Source: Vitrella brassicaformis CCMP3155
Lineage: Eukaryota; Protista; Chromerida
Length of the DNA stretch: 64,000 bases
Direction: 5' to 3'
Assembly: GCA_001179505.1 (NCBI GenBank)
Contig: CDMY01001052.1
Span: forward strand, 1 to 64,000
Shown here: in pieces, positions 60,878 to 64,000 of the stretch
How positions within the stretch are numbered: position 1 is the stretch's first letter
Layout: every line of letters starts with the position of its first letter
Translations under genes and position numbers: made by a program
Notes under the pieces: generated by a model
Databases searched by the model: none
Told to the model about the DNA's origin: nothing
The model's input: the letters and a program-made list of their open reading frames with translations, nothing else

Positions 60878-62430
60878 GCCCACAAGTCGTTCCGCCCCGC
60901 ACCGCTACCTACCGCCCGCACCGGACCTTGTCGAAGTCAGCCCTCGAAGCTACTGTCGCCCGTCTGCTGCCAATCCGCCTGCCCCCAAGCCACCCACAAT
61001 CGACTGAGACCTCGCAAGTGCAAGAGAAGGAGGAGCAACAACAGAGTGAACAGGAGCAGTGAGCACCGTGCAGCCATTTGCGCGCCCCACGCAGTGGCAC
61101 AGACGACCGCTCAAATGGCGGATGGCACCATACACCACACAAAGCGAGCCTCTAGCCCACCACACATCACACACATTATCACACACACCACACACTTGCT
61201 GAACAAGGCAGCCGTCAAGGGGGCGACTTGGGGCGCTGCATGGCTTCACGCTGAGCGAAATGAGGGGCAGGGAGGCAGGCAGAAGTGCACAGCAGATGGC
61301 GGCGTGGCACTGAAGAGACAGATGTACGGGGGCTGGGCTGGGCTGGTGTGGTGGGGACTGGCGGGGCGACTGTGGGCATGCTTAAGTGAGGGATAGGTGG
61401 CGGTTGGATGGTTGTTTGGAGTGTGCCGATTCATCTACACCTGCCTGCCTGTCTGCCTGCCTGACAGTGCATGGGTGGTGTCGGTCGGTCGGTCGATGTC
61501 ACTAAGGTGAGTGACGCCATCGGACGGACGGTAGCTACTCTGTCTGGGGGTGGGAGGGAGTCAGCAAGCAGCCAAACGAGACAGGAAGAGAGACACAGAG
61601 ATATCGCTGCAAATGGCTGGCTGGCTGGCTGGCTGCATTAATTAACGTGCGGTCCGCCGTCCACGTCTTTGCCTGTCTCTGTTTCCTTCATTGCTCGGCT
61701 GCTGAGAGCCTCTTTTTCTCCATGACAATTGAAGTGTGTGTGGGGAGGGGGATGGGAGGACTGTGCGTGGGTGTGGTGTGGTGTGGTGTGTTGGCATGGC
61801 TGTCGTCTTTCATCGTCAGGAGGTACCATCCCTCCCTCCCTCCCTCCGTGGTGCTGTGTGCCTACCTGTGCGAAGGACCGGATGGATGGATTGATGGACA
61901 CCCCCCTTGATGATGTCAATGCATACAGACATGCGCACAGGGACCGGACCCCTCACAGCATGCCATGGCCCTCACCCACACACCCACCCACCCACTGTCC
62001 ACAAGACTCCATCCGCACCACCGACACCACACCACCGGCACAAACATACCACATGTTTGTGTGTATGTTCACAATGTGCAGCCAGCCACCCTTTGATGCA
62101 TGTCATGTGCCGTTTCCATTGATTCATTCATTCATTCATAGTGTTCATTTATTGACACCCAATGAGAACGAATCAACTTAAGCAGGGTGTCTCTACAACA
62201 CAGACGGAGGTGTGAAGCCGCCCCGATGAATTGAGTCAGTCATCCGTACAGCTAGCTATAGCTACCTGTCCTCGATAAGGTAGTCACCACCCCCCTCCTC
62301 CTCTCTCTAGACATGGCTAACATGGTGTCTGGTGCGTGGTGTGGCCGTGGACAGACTCATCCGCCGCCCTCGTTGGACGGCGCCGTAGCCATGAACGCCC
62401 CCACAGCCTGACCGACGCCTTTCTCCGTGG

Positions 62431-64000
62431 CTACTGCCTCCCTACCGCGCCCAGCACCACCAGGTGCTGCATCAGACTCTTGCCTGCAGATCCACCAGCA
62501 CTAGCAGCAGCAGGTGGTGCCTGGCCCTGCGCCTGGGAATCGGAACTCGCTGACTGCTGCGGGGGGAGAGGGGGAGGGGCCATCGTGGCGTGGAGGTCCT
62601 CTTCGGCACCTGACAACACAACCACAACATACACACATGCCGCCCGGCCCAGGTGGCTGCCTGCATCTTCAAGTGGCTGTCGGCTTGTCCTGGTCCTGAC
62701 CTGGTGGTGGCGGCGTGATGCCCGGTCCGTCGACCAGCCCCATCGACGCCTGATAGGGCCGCACAGCACCAGCTGCTGGGTGGGCCCCCACACCCACACC
62801 CACACCCACTCCCGCCCCTATCGGCATTCCCATGGCGTGCCCATGGATGTGCCTGTGCGCGATATGGTCGCCAGCACGACCCACGGCCCCGCCCCTGTCG
62901 CGGCCGCCCTCATCCACGAGGATGTGCTCGCAGTTCTGGAGGAGAGGCACCCCGGCAATGCTCGCCAACTTATTGCGGTCAAAGATGACCTTGCTGAGGG
63001 CGTCGGTGAAGGTGGTGTTCTGGTTGACAAACACCGCCTGCGGCCCTGCTGCACCGGTGCTGCCAAACCTACACGACACGCCCATCCACACACACACACA
63101 GACACACACCTACACTGCCTGGCTGACCGGCCTGTCGCCTTTCTGCTGCTCTTCACACACACACACCCACCCACCGTGTCCTGAAGCCGACCAGCGGTCG
63201 TTTGACGACCTCTATGCCGAGAGGGCACTGGGGCGGGAGGCACTGCGAGAGCTTTTCGAGCACTCGCTCCGCCCGGGCGATCTCGGGAGCGAGGGCGGTG
63301 GACGGGGCCGACTCGTCGACGACCGACTCCCAGCCGGGCAGGAGGTGGAACTGATCGGCCTCGCCCTTCGGGCCCCAGATGTCACGCACAAACTGATCCG
63401 TCCATCGACCAAACCAAACCGCATACATCGACCGACATTCACTTTGGTCTGCGCAGTGGTTTTTTGCGGGGAGAGGGGGGCATGTGGGTGTGTGTGGGTG
63501 TGCCTGACACACCTGCTCGCGGTCTTCGCATGCCTGCTTGAAGGCGTTTTTGACCGACTTGAACTGCACAAAGTTGCGGATGCGCCCCCAGACGGCCCCC
63601 ACGCCTGCGTGGTTGAACTGGACGCGCACGCCCTTGTCCTGCACGATCTGCACGCCCAGGGGGGCCGGCCTGCCGTTGGCCTTCTTGGGGCAGTACTCCT
63701 TCAAACACTCGATGAGCTACACATACACACAACACACACACACACACAGAAAAATCTATGTTGTTTTGTTCTGTTCTGTGTGTGGCTGGGTGTGTGTGCG
63801 GGCGGTCTCTCTCTCTATCTCGCTCGCTCACGTGTTTGCCCTCCTCTCTGGGCGTCATGGTGCTGGGAGGGTTCAGTGCCTGGTGTGCCGCAGCAGCCGC
63901 CGCCGCACAGATGGCCGCCGGGTCCAGCCCCAACTCCTTCATGACCACGGCACTCTTGCCACGACCCCTCCCACCACCAGAACCGCCACCACTAGCAGCA
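62431..64000 (-). CDS. Hypothetical multi-exon protein, 5' end beyond the window
   Basis: Exons such as LIECLKEYCPKKANGRPAPLGVQIVQDKGVRVQF, FVRDIWGPKGEADQFHLLPGWE and AVFVNQNTTFTDALSKVIFDRNKL are bounded by GT-AG sites; no family recognised; 3' end approximate. Confidence 0.65.

Noticed and set aside
1-64000. Hundreds of short ORFs rich in HTHT, CVCV, RERE, DRQT
   Set aside because: They are translations of intronic or intergenic microsatellites and shadow frames of GC-rich exons.

Overview
This is eukaryotic, intron-rich, GC-rich nuclear DNA whose introns and intergenic spacers are full of (CA/TG)n, (GA/TC)n and (GACA)n microsatellites. Signal-plus-transit-type leaders and a CBM20-fused calcium-dependent protein kinase (CDPK) suggest a plastid-bearing alveolate, probably a chromerid such as Vitrella; this is inference and was not verified. 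I reconstructed about 20 spliced genes by hand. They are a SMARCAL1-type helicase, a START/cyclase protein, a BT1 folate-biopterin transporter, CDC50, an SH3 protein, a CBM20-CDPK, a bacterial-type branching enzyme, a purple acid phosphatase, DPH2, an ICL/PEP-mutase enzyme, a TPR-MYND-DUF4470 protein, a chromate transporter, an equilibrative nucleoside transporter (ENT) plus the tail of an inverted near-identical copy at the window start, and several orphans. There are three 300-N assembly gaps. I saw no CRISPR array, rRNA, tRNA or transposase. The top observations are: (1) a probably plastid-targeted type II peroxiredoxin fused through a GC-AG intron to a monothiol CGFS glutaredoxin; (2) a secreted protein built like a phage tailspike (hexad repeats, an S74/ICA-like chaperone domain and a coiled coil); (3) a bacterial GlgB-type branching enzyme about 6 kb from a starch-binding CDPK with degenerate EF-hands; (4) introns with complementary 5' AC-rich and 3' GT-rich repeats; (5) a consistent head-to-head gene-pair layout. 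Exon boundaries and some start codons are manual and approximate.
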